Assembly: GCA_963829755.1 (NCBI GenBank)
Contig: CAWHJV010000015.1
Span: 150,758 to 174,757 of the forward strand
Length of the DNA stretch: 24,000 bases
Direction of reading: 5' to 3'
Source of the DNA: an uncultured Pseudomonadota bacterium
GTDB taxonomy: Bacteria > Pseudomonadota > Alphaproteobacteria > Rhizobiales > Xanthobacteraceae
In this document: positions 8,747-17,710 of the stretch, one piece after another
How positions within the stretch are numbered: the first letter of the stretch is position 1
Layout: every line of letters starts with the position of its first letter
Position numbers and translations under genes: made by a program
Notes under the pieces: model-generated
Database searches by the model: none
Seen by the model: the letters and a program-made list of their open reading frames with translations, nothing else
Told to the model about the DNA's origin: nothing

Positions 8747-9987
8747 ATGCGTACGAACACCGCCGAAGGCGGCTGCAGGGGCGTTGTCGCCTGCTCCGGT
8801 TGCGGCACGATACAGAGGCTCCCGGTTCTTGAGCCGGCCAGCGAGGCGAGGTGCCGGCGCTGCGGCACGGTTCTTCAGCATTCCGTCGCGGCGCAGCGCC
8901 GCCGCTGGCCTTGCCTGCGCCACGGCGGCGCTCGTACTGCTGATCGTCGGCAACCTCATGCCTTCGCTGCGCTCCCACCTGCTCGCCGCCACCACCGAGA
9001 GCCGCGTGATCGACGGCTCCCTCGCCTACTGGCACGCCGGCCGGCCGCTGATGGCGGCCTTCGTCGCCGCCTTCGTCGTGGCGATACCCTTAGGCCGCGC
9101 GGCGATGCTGGTCGGCGTGCTCGGCAGCCTCCGCCTTGGCTGGCGCGGACCGTGGCAGGCGCCGGTGCTGCGCTGGGCCGAAGGGCTGCGGCTGTGGTCG
9201 ATGGCCCCGGTCTACGTCGTTGCCGGGCTCGTCACCTACGGCCGGGTCGCGGCGCAGCTCAACATCGAGATCCTGCCGGCGGGGTGGGCATTCGTGGCCG
9301 GTGCGTTCCTTCTGCTGGTCGCGGAGGCGGCGTACGACACGGGAAGGGTCTGGCAGGACATCATGCCCGACCGTACGGCACCGCCCCCGGGACCCGCGTT
9401 CGGCTGCGCGTCCTGCGGGCTCGTCGTGCCGGAGGCGGCGGAAGGCGGCCGATGCCCGCGCTGTCGCCACCGGTTGCGCCGGCGCAAGCCGCATCCGATG
9501 CGCCTCGTGGCGGCGCTGACGCTTGCAGGCTTCGTACTCTATCCCGCGGCGCTGTTCTTGCCGATGACACAGACGATGCAGCCGGGCGGCCTCGTCGAGC
9601 GGAACATCATCGACGGCGTGACAGCAGCTCTTCAGCCGAGGCTTCTGGTATTTTGGCATCGTTATTTTCATCGCGAGCATCGCGGTACCGGTAAGCAAGC
9701 TCGTGGTGCTCGCATGGCTGATGCTCAGGGTGAAGTACCCGCGCATGCGCGGCCTCGTCCTGCGAACACGGCTTCACCGCATCATCGACGAGATCAATCG
9801 TTGGTCGTTCGTCGACCCGTTCATCGTCGCGATGACGGCGCCGCTCATGGTTTATCCGGGCATCGCGGACGTCCATGCCGGGCCGGGCGCCCTGCCCTTC
9901 GCGCTGGTCGTCGTGTTGACGATGCTCGCCTCCAGCTACTTCGACACGAGACTGATGTGGGACGCGGCGGAGAAAGCCGATGAGTGA
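8747..9987 (+). pseudogene. pqiA: Paraquat-inducible protein A (PqiA) family membrane protein, two frameshifts
   Basis: ATG 8747 gives MRTNTAEGGCRGVVACSGCGTIQRLPVLEPASEARCRRCGTVLQHS, the first zinc-ribbon-like CxxC pair. A switch at ~8885 leads to RRSAAAGLACATAALVLLIVGNLMPSL...CASCGLVVPEAAEGGRCPRCRHRLRRRKPHPMRLVAALTLAGFVLYPAALFLPM...NIIDGV. A switch at ~9618-9622 leads to QQLFSRGFWYFGIVIFIASIAVPVSKLVVLAWLML...LMWDAAEKADE, with a stop at 9985-9987. Confidence 0.8.
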
Positions 9988-11383
9988 GGACGACGGCATG
10001 CGCAAGGCAGCACAGGTTCCCGAGGCACGCCGGCGGCGGGTGCGCGGGCCCGGCTGGGTGTGGATCATCCCGGTGGCGGCCCTGATCTTCGCCGGCTGGC
10101 TCGGCGTCAAGGAATGGGTGATCGGCGGCAACGAGATCAGCGTGCGCTTCCCCCAGGCGGAGGGCGTCGGCGCCGGCGCCGCCGTCCGCTACAAGGGCAT
10201 GAAGGTCGGCAGCGTCGACGCGGTCAAACTCTCGGACGATCTCGGCCATGTCGTGCTGAAACTGAGCATCGACGGTCGCGTGAGGCAGCACCTCGGCGCC
10301 AACTCGATGTTCTGGATCGGGAAGCCGCAGATCGCGCAAGGCGACATCATGGGCATCGTCTCGGGCCCCCATGTCGAGGTCCGCCCGGTGGACGGCAAGC
10401 CGGCACAGAGCTTCGCCGGGCTCGGGAAGCCGCCGGTCCGCACGCCGGCGGCGCCGGGACGAAGCTTCGTGCTCACGGCCGACGACGCGAGCGGCCTATC
10501 GCGCGGCGGGCCCGTCCTGTTTCACGGCATCGAGGTCGGCCACATCCTCGGCACGCGCCTCGACGAGGCAAAGCAGCAGGTGAAGGTGCGGGTCTTCGTC
10601 GCGAAGAAATACGCCGACCTCGTCACGGGCAGCAGCGTCTTCTGGAACGCCGGTGGGCTGTCCGTGTCGACGGCCCACGGAATCAACGTCGACCTGCCGT
10701 CGCTGGCAAGCGTACTGAAGGGGGCGGTGGCGTTCGACACGCCCGGGACGTTCCGTGGCTCGCCGGCCAAGGCCAACGCGACCTTCACCCTTTATCCGAG
10801 CGAGGACGAGGCCGAGGCGATGCCCGGCGGCCCGCGCTTCGCGTATTCGGTGACGCTTCCGCAGATGCAAGAGGGCCTCGCCCCGGGCGCTTCCGTCATG
10901 CTGGACGGGCGACAGGTCGGCCGCGTCTACAAAGTCGGGTTCGGCACCGGAGCGGACGGCAAGGGGGCGAGCGACAAGGGGCCGGCCATCACCGTGCGCC
11001 TGACGCTCGACGCCACCGCATTCAACATCGACGCGAGCTCCGCCGCCAGCCGCGATGATCTGCGCGACCGCCTGAATCAGGCCGTGGCAGGGCTCGTCGA
11101 CAAGGGCTTGCGGGCCAAGGTGACGGGCGGCGGCATCTTGGGCGGACCACGGGTCGACCTCGCAATCGTCGACGGCGGGGCGCCGGCGAAACTCGACCTC
11201 GGGCATCGGCCGCCGGTCATCCCGGCGGCCTCCCGCAGCAGCATGATGCTCGGAGCCGGGCTGGCGAAGAAGCTTTCGTCGAAACAGGGCAGCTCGCCGC
11301 AGGCCGCGCCGGACAAGGCTTCGGCGCCGGCCGGACAGCCCAGCCAGTCCGCCCCCAAGGGATCGAAGGATGGCGGCCGGTGA
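9980..11383 (+). CDS. pqiB: PqiB-like MCE (MlaD)-domain protein, intact, with a low-complexity C-terminal tail
   Basis: An N-terminal anchor RRRRVRGPGWVWIIPVAALIFAGWLGV is followed by repeated MCE-type modules (VRYKGMKVGSVDAVKL..., VLFHGIEVGHILGTRL..., VMLDGRQVGRVYKVGF...). The start ATG 9980 overlaps the pqiA end. The tail reads KKLSSKQGSSPQAAPDKASAPAGQPSQSAPKGSKDGGR. Confidence 0.85.
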   Translation: MSEDDGMRKAAQVPEARRRRVRGPGWVWIIPVAALIFAGWLGVKEWVIGGNEISVRFPQAEGVGAGAAVRYKGMKVGSVDAVKLSDDLGHVVLKLSIDGRVRQHLGANSMFWIGKPQIAQGDIMGIVSGPHVEVRPVDGKPAQSFAGLGKPPVRTPAAPGRSFVLTADDASGLSRGGPVLFHGIEVGHILGTRLDEAKQQVKVRVFVAKKYADLVTGSSVFWNAGGLSVSTAHGINVDLPSLASVLKGAVAFDTPGTFRGSPAKANATFTLYPSEDEAEAMPGGPRFAYSVTLPQMQEGLAPGASVMLDGRQVGRVYKVGFGTGADGKGASDKGPAITVRLTLDATAFNIDASSAASRDDLRDRLNQAVAGLVDKGLRAKVTGGGILGGPRVDLAIVDGGAPAKLDLGHRPPVIPAASRSSMMLGAGLAKKLSSKQGSSPQAAPDKASAPAGQPSQSAPKGSKDGGR

Positions 11384-11434
11384 CGGCGAGAGGCGGGCGC
11401 GGCGCCTGGAAACGCTCTGGTTCGATGTCGTCTG

Positions 11435-11737
11435 TTAGTGGCAGCGATTATGGGCGGCGGAGAAGGCGTCTATCATCGACAGGCCCGACGTCTTGACCGC
11501 CTTCCGGATGTCGCCGGAATTCTTGGCCGATTCCACGATATTCGCGGCCCGCGCCAAGTCCTGCCCGTGCAGCTGGCCGCCGATCACGGCGCCGTAGCAG
11601 GCGGCCCTCCTCGTCTTCATCCCGAGATGGATAAAGCCCCGCGCGATGCGCTTCTCAGCGCGCTTCTCAGCGTGGGTGGCTGCAAAGGCCGTGGTCGAGA
11701 GGAGGAGCGCGGTAGCCGCGATAACGATGAGACGCAT
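11435..11737 (-). CDS. Hypothetical small secreted protein (100 aa)
   Basis: It has a clear signal peptide MRLIVIAATALLLSTTAFA followed by ATHAEKRAEKR. An AGGAA sequence lies ~8 nt upstream of the ATG. I recognise no family. It sits between pqiB and the IS debris. Confidence 0.45.
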   Translation of the reverse strand: MRLIVIAATALLLSTTAFAATHAEKRAEKRIARGFIHLGMKTRRAACYGAVIGGQLHGQDLARAANIVESAKNSGDIRKAVKTSGLSMIDAFSAAHNRCH

Positions 11738-11846
11738 GAAATATTCCTGCAGTACGGATCCAGATTCGCCGGCAGCGTGACGTTAACCCGTCGGCCGGCA
11801 CACAGTTCCATTCCGCGTGGCAGCGCACCGTAACATAGCCGGGACG

Positions 11847-12005
11847 GGCCTGAACTGGATCGTCAGCGAATGCCTTCACCCAATTGCGCGGCACCGTCTG
11901 GTGCACGCCTAGATCGCGCGAGGCCTGCGCGTACGCAACGCCCCGATCCTTGATCAGCCTGACAGCCTCAAGCTTGAACTCCCGCGTAAACTTCCGTCGT
12001 TCCAT
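11847..12005 (-). mobile_element. IS3-family (IS407-like) transposase OrfA fragment, N-terminal ~53 codons only
   Basis: MERRKFTREFKLEAVRLIKDRGVAYAQASRDLGVHQTVPRNWVKAFADDPVQA is the HTH N-terminus typical of IS3-family OrfA. Similarity ends at ~11847 and the ORF continues as unrelated sequence. GGAGG lies upstream of ATG 12005. Confidence 0.75.
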
Positions 12006-12069
12006 GACCCACCTCCGGTTCCATAAAAACACCTAACTCGGTGTCTTCGAAACCGGGGACAGGCCAAAT

Positions 12070-13565
12070 GTGGAGCTTTACGCGAAGGTACGTCATGCCG
12101 TTCGGATCGAGGGGCTCAGCAAACGGGCGGTAGCGCGGCGGTTTGGGATTGATCCGCGGACCGTCGACAAGATGTTGGCGTTTTCGGTGCCGCCGGGTTA
12201 CCGGCGGTCGAAACCGCCGGCGAAGCCGAAGCTGGGACCCGTTTATCGCGATTATTGACGGCATTCTCGCCGGGGACAAAGACCGGCCGAAGAAGCAGCA
12301 GCATACAGCGAAGCGGATATTCGAGCGGCTGCGGGATGAGCACGGCTTCACGGGCGGCGATCACGATCGTGAAGGACTATGTGGCAGGCTGGCGTGCGCG
12401 ATCCCGAGAGATGTTCGTGCCGCTGGCGCATGCTCCGGGTCATGCCCAGGTCGACTTTGGGGAGGCCATCGGGATCATCGGCGGGGTTGGAGCGCAAGAT
12501 CCATTTCTTCGCGTTCGACCTGCCGCACTCGGACGCCTGCTTCGTGGTGGCCTATCCGGCGGAGACGACGGAAGCGTTCTGCGACGGCCACGTGCGGGCG
12601 TTTGCCTTCTTTGGCGGGGTGCCGAAGTCGATTTTGTACGACAACACCAAGATTGCGGTGGCCCGCATCCTCGGCGACGGCAAGCGGCAACGGACCCGCG
12701 TGTTCACGGAGCTGCAGTCGCATTACCTGTTCGAAGACCGGTTTGGCCGACCGGGCAAAGGCAACGACAAGGGCAAGGTCGAAGGACTGGTCGGTTACGC
12801 GCGGCGGAACTTCCTGGTGCCGATCCCGGTATTCGACAGCTTCGAGGCCCTCAACGCCCATCTGTTGGATTGCTGCCGAAGGCGTATGGGCGATCGCCTG
12901 CGCAGTCACGGCGAGACGATCGGCGAGCGGCTGGAGCGCGATCTGGCCGCCTTTACGAAGCCGCTGCCTCCGGCCTACGACGCCTGCGAGAAGCTCGGGA
13001 CGACCGTCTCCTCGCTGTCGCTGGTGCGCTACCGGCTCAACGATTACTCGGTGCCGACGAGCCTACGGGCATCGCGATGTACTGGTGCGCGGTTACGTCC
13101 ATGAGGTGGTGATCTCATGCGGCTCGGAGGTGATTGCCCGTCATCCGCGTTCCTACGAGCGCGAGGACTTCGTGTTCGAGCCGTTGCACTACCTTGCCCT
13201 GATCGAGCAGAAGATCAATGCGCTCGACCAGGCTGCGCCGCTGGCCGGCTGGCAGTTGCCGGAAGAGTTCACCACCTTGCGCCGCCTGCTTGAGGCGCGC
13301 ATGGGCAAGCAAGGCAAGCGAGAGTTCGTCCAGGTCCTGCGCCTGATGGAGGCGTTCACGATCGAGGATGTCAGTGCTGCCGTGCGTGACGCCATTGCGC
13401 GAGGCGCCATCGGCTTCGACGCCGTGAAGCATCTGGTGCTGTGCCGGATCGAGCGCCGGCCACCACGCCTCGACATGACGATCTATCCCTACCTGCCGAG
13501 GGCCGCCGTCGTGACGACCTCGGCCAAAGCCTACATGGACCTGTGCCGGGGAGCGGCTGTCATGA
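12070..13565 (+). pseudogene. istA: IS21-family transposase IstA, at least four frameshifts
   Basis: The pieces lie in successive frames. First: (GTG 12070) MELYAKVRHAVRIEGLSKRAVARRFGIDPRTVDKMLAFSVPPGYRRSKPPAKPKLGP. After ~12240: FIAIIDGILAGDKDRPKKQQHTAKRIFERLRDEHGFTGG. After ~12355: TIVKDYVAGWRARSREMFVPLAHAPGHAQVDFGEAIGIIGGV. After ~12485: ERKIHFFAFDLPHSDACFVVAYPAETTEAFCDGHVRAFAFFGGVPKSILYDNTKIAVARIL...RYRLNDYSVPT. After ~13060: AYGHRDVLVRGYVHEVVISCGSEVIARHPRSYEREDFVFEPLHYLALIEQK... The last frame reads straight into istB with no stop. A TGA at 13563-13565 (ATGA overlap) exists only in another frame. Confidence 0.85.
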
Positions 13566-14419
13566 CCGAGACCCCGCAAGTTCTCCTGGCGCATCACCTC
13601 AAGGCGCTCAAGCTGCCGACGTTCCTGCGCGAGTATGACAAGCTCGCGCGCCAATGTGCTGCCGAGGGCACCGATTATCCCCGTTATCTGCTGCGGCTTG
13701 CCGAGTTGGAGTTGATCGACCGCGAGCGGCGCATGGTCGAGCGCCGCATCAAGGCGGCCAAGTTCCCAACCGTGAAGAGCCTCGACAGCTTCGACTTCGC
13801 GGCGCTGCCGTCCTTGAACAAGGCGTTGGTGATGGAGCTGGCGCGATCGGAATATGTCGAGCGCCGCGAGAATATCATCGCGGTCGGCAACTCCGGCACC
13901 GGCAAGAGCCACATCGCACTGGGACTGGGTCTGGCAGCCTGCCAGAAAGGGCTGTACCGGTCGGCTTCACGACCGCCGCCGCCCTCGTGCACGAATTGAT
14001 CGAGGCGCGCGACGAAAAGCGCCTCCTGCGCCTGCAGCGCCAGCTCGCCGGCTACAAGCTGCTGATCGTCGACGAACTCGGCTACGTGCCGCTGTCGCAG
14101 ACCGGCGCCGAGCTGTTGTTCGAGGTCTTCAGCCAGCGCTATGAACGCAGGCGCAACCATCGTCACCAGCAATCTGCCCTTCGACGAATGGACGAGCGTA
14201 TTCGGCTCCGAGCGGCTAACCGGCGCTCTGCTCGATCGCCTGACCCACCACGTCCACATCCTCGAAATGAACGGCGAAAGCTATCGGCTCGCCCAAAGCA
14301 AGCGTCGCTCCAGACGCCGCCACAGCACATGTCGCCGTCCGACGAGACGCTTGAAAGCTGACGTTATCAAGGCAAGAAATCCGCCCAGGACAGCAACACC
14401 AGCCGCATCGCGGCAATAA
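13562..14419 (+). pseudogene. istB: IS21-family ATP-binding helper IstB, two frameshifts
   Basis: MTETPQVLLAHHLKALKLPTFLREYDKLARQCAAEGTDYPRYLLRLAELELIDRERRMVERRIKAAKFPTVKSLDSFDF...NIIAVGNSGTGKSHIALGLGLAACQKGL contains the Walker A motif. After ~13955: VGFTTAAALVHELIEARDEKRLLRLQRQLAGYKLLIVDELGYVPLSQTGAELLFEVFSQRYER. After ~14150: GATIVTSNLPFDEWTSVFGSERLTGALLDRLTHHVHILEMNGESYRLAQSKRR. The true C-terminus is uncertain (stop at 14361 or 14419, depending on frame). Confidence 0.85.
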
Positions 14420-14447
14420 AAATAATAGCTCGGTGCGCGCTCTCGCC

Positions 14448-14496
14448 GTCAAGCCCCGCGCCTCCGGCGCGCCGCTACGCGGCTTCGGGGCTTGAC
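14448..14496. repeat. Nested hairpin inside the IS21 3' non-coding region
   Basis: gtcaagccccg (14448-14458) pairs perfectly with cggggcttgac (14486-14496), an 11-bp stem. The loop itself contains cgcgcc-tcc-ggcgcg. Confidence 0.6.
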
Positions 14497-14879
14497 CGCT
14501 CGGCGCCACCGAGCAAATCCGCCTTCCATGCCGCCAATGCCCATCTACGACGCGCCAGCAAGCGAGCCCGTGACGCATTTTTGCTCCGGCCTGCTGATGC
14601 AATTTTACTCCGGCGTTGACACCCGAACGGTTCTCTTCTGAACGAGCATCCCGCCGGACGCGGAATTGGTCGCTTTCCGCTGGTCACGCGAATGGACGCG
14701 TCCGGGTTGACGAATACGTAGCCACGCACGCTACGAACATACAGCCACGAAAGGTGATGCCCGCCGCTGTAGGTATGGACAAGCCACCGATCGGCTCTGA
14801 TATGGCGCATCAGCAGATTTCAACCTGAAATCGTAATGCGCTTCCTGGCTTGCTGAAGAAAGATTTCGTCGTGGCCTGA

Positions 14880-16004
14880 TCAAAAGCTTTCAGTCAGCAT
14901 CTGCAGGTAGTCGGCAGCACTCGCCTGCCGCGGATTGGTCAGATGGCTGAAGTCGTGGGTCGCATCGTCCCCGATCTGCGGCAAGATCGAACGATCGACA
15001 CCGAGATCGCGTAGTCGACACGGCAGTCCGAGACGTTCCTGCAGGGCACGAAAATACTCGTCGAGACCGTTGCCGGCGGGAACGTCGAGAGCGACACGGA
15101 TGCGTTCGCACGAGGCCCGCGCCGCCTCGCCATTGAAGCGCACGACCGCCGGCAACAGCACGCCGTTGAGGGTGCCATGATGAAGGACCGGGTCCTTCAG
15201 GGCGCCGAGGGCATGGCTCAAGGCATGCACGGCGCCGAGGCCCTTCTGGAACACGAGGCCGCCCTCGAGCGACGCCATCATCATCGCGGCGCGCGCGCCG
15301 TCGTCAGGGTCGTGAACGGCACGCTCGATCGCGCCGACCGCACGGACGAGACCGTCGAGCGCAATGGCGTCGGCGGGCGGATTGAAGCGCGGCGACAGCA
15401 GCGCCTCCACGCAGTGCGCGACCGCGTCCATGCCGCAGCCAGCGGCGAGCCGCGGCGGCAGCGAACGCAGCAGATCGGGGTCGCAGATAGCGCGCCTGGG
15501 CAGCAGATGGCGGCTGACCAGCGCGCGTTTGCGTCCATCATCGAGGACGATCAAGGTCGCCCGCCCGACCTCGCTGCCGCTGCCGGCGGTCGTCGGGATC
15601 GCAATCAGCGGCGCCGTGCTTCCAGTAATCCGTTCGCTGCCACCGTTGACGGCCGCGTAGATCGCGAGTGGGCCCGGGTGCGTGGCGAGCAAGGCCACCG
15701 CTTTGGCGAGATCGATGACCGAGCCGCCGCCTAGCGCGACGAGCCCGTCGCAGTCCTTCTCCTTGTACTGTTCGACCGCGCGTACGACCGCCCGTTCGGT
15801 CGGGTTCGACGGCGTCGCGTCAAAGATCGGGGCTTTCACTAAGCGCTCGCCCGTCCGCGCTACGACGCCCGTTCTGACAAGACCGCCGTCGGTGACCAGA
15901 AGTGGCCGCTTGATCTGCAATTCGTCCAGCGCTTGCGGCAACTGGCGCAAAGCATCGGCGCCGAACGGCACGTCCGTCATATAGGCGATGACCGAAAGGC
16001 TCAT
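14880..16004 (-). CDS. Iron-containing (group III) alcohol dehydrogenase family protein, intact
   Basis: The 374-aa protein contains LVALGGGSVIDLAKAVALL, IAIPTTAGSGSEV, GMDAVAHCVEALLS and LGAVHALSHALGAL...HHGTLNGVLLPAV. Together these give the Fe-ADH NAD and metal-His signature. The start overlaps the upstream gene's stop (ATGA at 16001-16004). Confidence 0.9.
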   Translation of the reverse strand: MSLSVIAYMTDVPFGADALRQLPQALDELQIKRPLLVTDGGLVRTGVVARTGERLVKAPIFDATPSNPTERAVVRAVEQYKEKDCDGLVALGGGSVIDLAKAVALLATHPGPLAIYAAVNGGSERITGSTAPLIAIPTTAGSGSEVGRATLIVLDDGRKRALVSRHLLPRRAICDPDLLRSLPPRLAAGCGMDAVAHCVEALLSPRFNPPADAIALDGLVRAVGAIERAVHDPDDGARAAMMMASLEGGLVFQKGLGAVHALSHALGALKDPVLHHGTLNGVLLPAVVRFNGEAARASCERIRVALDVPAGNGLDEYFRALQERLGLPCRLRDLGVDRSILPQIGDDATHDFSHLTNPRQASAADYLQMLTESF

Positions 16005-17602
16005 AGCCGCGCCAAACGGTCACGGAACGGCGGCGGCGCCCACAGCGCCGACAGCCCGAGATCGGCGAGGACGACCTGGGCCGCGTTGTAGCCGGGCAGA
16101 CCGGTGATGTTGCCGCCGGGATGACTGCTCGACCCGCACAGATACAGGCCCCGGACTGGCCCGCGATAATCACCCGCGCCGGGAAAGGGACGATCGTGCC
16201 CGATCTGCCCATTGGTGAAGGCGCCGATCAGCAGATCGCCTTCGCGCATATTCGGCAGGCATCTTTCGACGTCGAGCGCCGAATGGGTGAACGAAGCCAT
16301 GACCGCATCCGCCATGTTGGGCGCGAACTCCCGCCACAGCGCCAACATGCGTTCGCCGTGCGCGTCGCGTTCGCGGTCCCAGTTGAGGGGGTCACCGTTC
16401 AGCCGATACGGCAGCTTCTCCCACATGAACGCGGTGTGCCTGCCGGCCGGCGCCTGCGAAGGATCGAATACGGTCGGGCACGCCCCCCACATCACCGTCG
16501 GCGGAATCGTCCCCGCCTCGTGATGGCGCACGATGTCCGGGTATTGATCGACATGATCGAGACCCATGATGACCATGAAAGCGCGCGCGAGTTCGGGGTA
16601 GTCCCGCACCGCCGTGTAGGACGGCGCTTCGGTCAGATTGAGGTGCAGACCAAACAGCGGCGCGATCAGATTGTACTGAAAATTGGCAACTTTCTTGACA
16701 TAGTCTTTGGCGAGAAGGGCCGGGTCCAACAGGTCGAGGAAGGTCTGGTGCGGATTGAGCGAGGACGCGACGAAGTCTGCGCGGATGAATTCGCCGGTGT
16801 CGGTTTCAACGCCCTTGACCTTGCCGCTTTCAACCACAATTCGTTTCGGCTCTGTCATCACCCTGATATCGCCGCCGGTTTCGATAACGGCGCGCTGCAG
16901 CGCGCGCGCGAGCGCGGCCGATCCACCTCGGCTCATCTGCGCCTTTGCCGGCATCGCCAGAAGCGTCGCGATGTGGTGGCCGAACCCGCGCACGCGCAGA
17001 TCGACTTCGCGCAGGCCGTTGAAAAACAACAGCCCGGCCTGAATCACGGGGTTCCTAAATTCGCGATGCACGAACTCGAGCGGGGATAGCGCGCTGACCT
17101 CCAGCAACTTGCGGCCGGCGGCGCTGCGCGCGAGCAGCCCCGCGCGCTCGGCCTTCGGCAGCGGCGGCGAACGGCCTTCCCAGGCCAGGATATTCTCGAC
17201 GATCGGCACGAAATCGTCGTGCCAGCGCTGGAGCGCTGCGGCATCTTCCGGATCGAAGGCCCGGAACGACGCGGCCGTCCGCTCGAAATCGGTCCACCAT
17301 TCAAGCGCCCGACCGTCGCGCGTGAGCAGGGCGACGTTCAATTCGGGCTCGATGTAATCGGCGCCGCGGAGTTCCAGATCCAGGTCGCTGTACCACGGCA
17401 TGGCCGTGACTGCGCGCTGAAAGAAGGCGTGGGTATTGTGCAGGAATCCGGGAAAGCGCGGGTCTTCCATGGTGCTCAGACCGCCGCCAGCGATCTGTCG
17501 CCGATCGAGCGAGATGGTCCTCAGGCCCGCCATGCCGAGGTAGGCCTGCAGGATCAAGCCGTTGTGTCCGGCACCGAGGATTACGCCATCATACGTCGTC
17601 AT
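16001..17602 (-). CDS. Phytoene desaturase (CrtI)-like FAD/NAD(P)-dependent oxidoreductase, intact
   Basis: The 533-aa protein starts MTTYDGVILGAGHNGLILQAYLGMAGLRTISLDRRQIAGGGLST, a GxGxxG dinucleotide fold. Its length and the C-terminal LYLCGSSSHPGGNITGLPGYNAA fit the amine-oxidase/CrtI superfamily. Confidence 0.85.
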   Translation of the reverse strand: MTTYDGVILGAGHNGLILQAYLGMAGLRTISLDRRQIAGGGLSTMEDPRFPGFLHNTHAFFQRAVTAMPWYSDLDLELRGADYIEPELNVALLTRDGRALEWWTDFERTAASFRAFDPEDAAALQRWHDDFVPIVENILAWEGRSPPLPKAERAGLLARSAAGRKLLEVSALSPLEFVHREFRNPVIQAGLLFFNGLREVDLRVRGFGHHIATLLAMPAKAQMSRGGSAALARALQRAVIETGGDIRVMTEPKRIVVESGKVKGVETDTGEFIRADFVASSLNPHQTFLDLLDPALLAKDYVKKVANFQYNLIAPLFGLHLNLTEAPSYTAVRDYPELARAFMVIMGLDHVDQYPDIVRHHEAGTIPPTVMWGACPTVFDPSQAPAGRHTAFMWEKLPYRLNGDPLNWDRERDAHGERMLALWREFAPNMADAVMASFTHSALDVERCLPNMREGDLLIGAFTNGQIGHDRPFPGAGDYRGPVRGLYLCGSSSHPGGNITGLPGYNAAQVVLADLGLSALWAPPPFRDRLARL

Positions 17603-17710
17603 CCCGAAACCTCTGGGCGAACTGAGAAGCAGTTACGTCGCCCATCAGATGTGCAGGGACGGCCTGGGCTTTGGACAACGATCCCGGCTTCGCCGCCTAC
17701 ACTTTGCCGG

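Larger units (their letters stand above)
12043..14621 (+). mobile_element. IS21-family insertion sequence (istA-istB), inactivated by frameshifts; boundaries approximate
   Basis: istA and istB homology are both clear. The candidate ends are TGTC at 12043-12046 and GACA at 14618-14621. The right end carries two 18-bp imperfect direct repeats (14572-14589 gacgcatttttgctccgg; 14596-14613 gatgcaattttactccgg), which fits the multi-repeat termini of IS21-family elements. The left end is only 27 bp from the istA start and matches the right end poorly. I found no target-site duplication. Confidence 0.6.

Noticed and set aside
5118-14419. Programmed ribosomal frameshifting or transcriptional slippage as the explanation for the split genes.
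   Set aside because: There are too many switches per gene, in both directions, with no recurring slippery heptamer or downstream structure. They are accompanied by a nonsense codon and internal deletions. The IS21 family is also not known to need frameshifting within istA or istB.
1-14621. Treating all the lesions purely as assembly or sequencing error and annotating the genes as intact.
   Set aside because: This is not fully excluded for single-base indels. It cannot account for the in-frame TAG, the ~55- and ~75-codon internal deletions in FNT and wrbA, or the clean 1.4-kb pqiB and 9-kb right half under the same chemistry. The lesions are therefore reported as pseudogenes with this caveat.
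14475-14810. ORF 14475..14810(-), 111 aa, starting MRHIRADRWLVHTYSGGHHLSWLYVRSVRGYVFVNPD..., as a real gene.
   Set aside because: It has no recognisable family. Its C-terminal two thirds overlap the IS21 right-end repeats and hairpin and are Arg/Ala-rich. At most the first ~45 codons could be a relic fragment.
14819-14833. AT-rich hairpin atttca-acc-tgaaat downstream of the Fe-ADH gene as an intrinsic terminator.
   Set aside because: It is a 6-bp all-weak stem with no following T-run on the minus strand, so the energetics are unconvincing.
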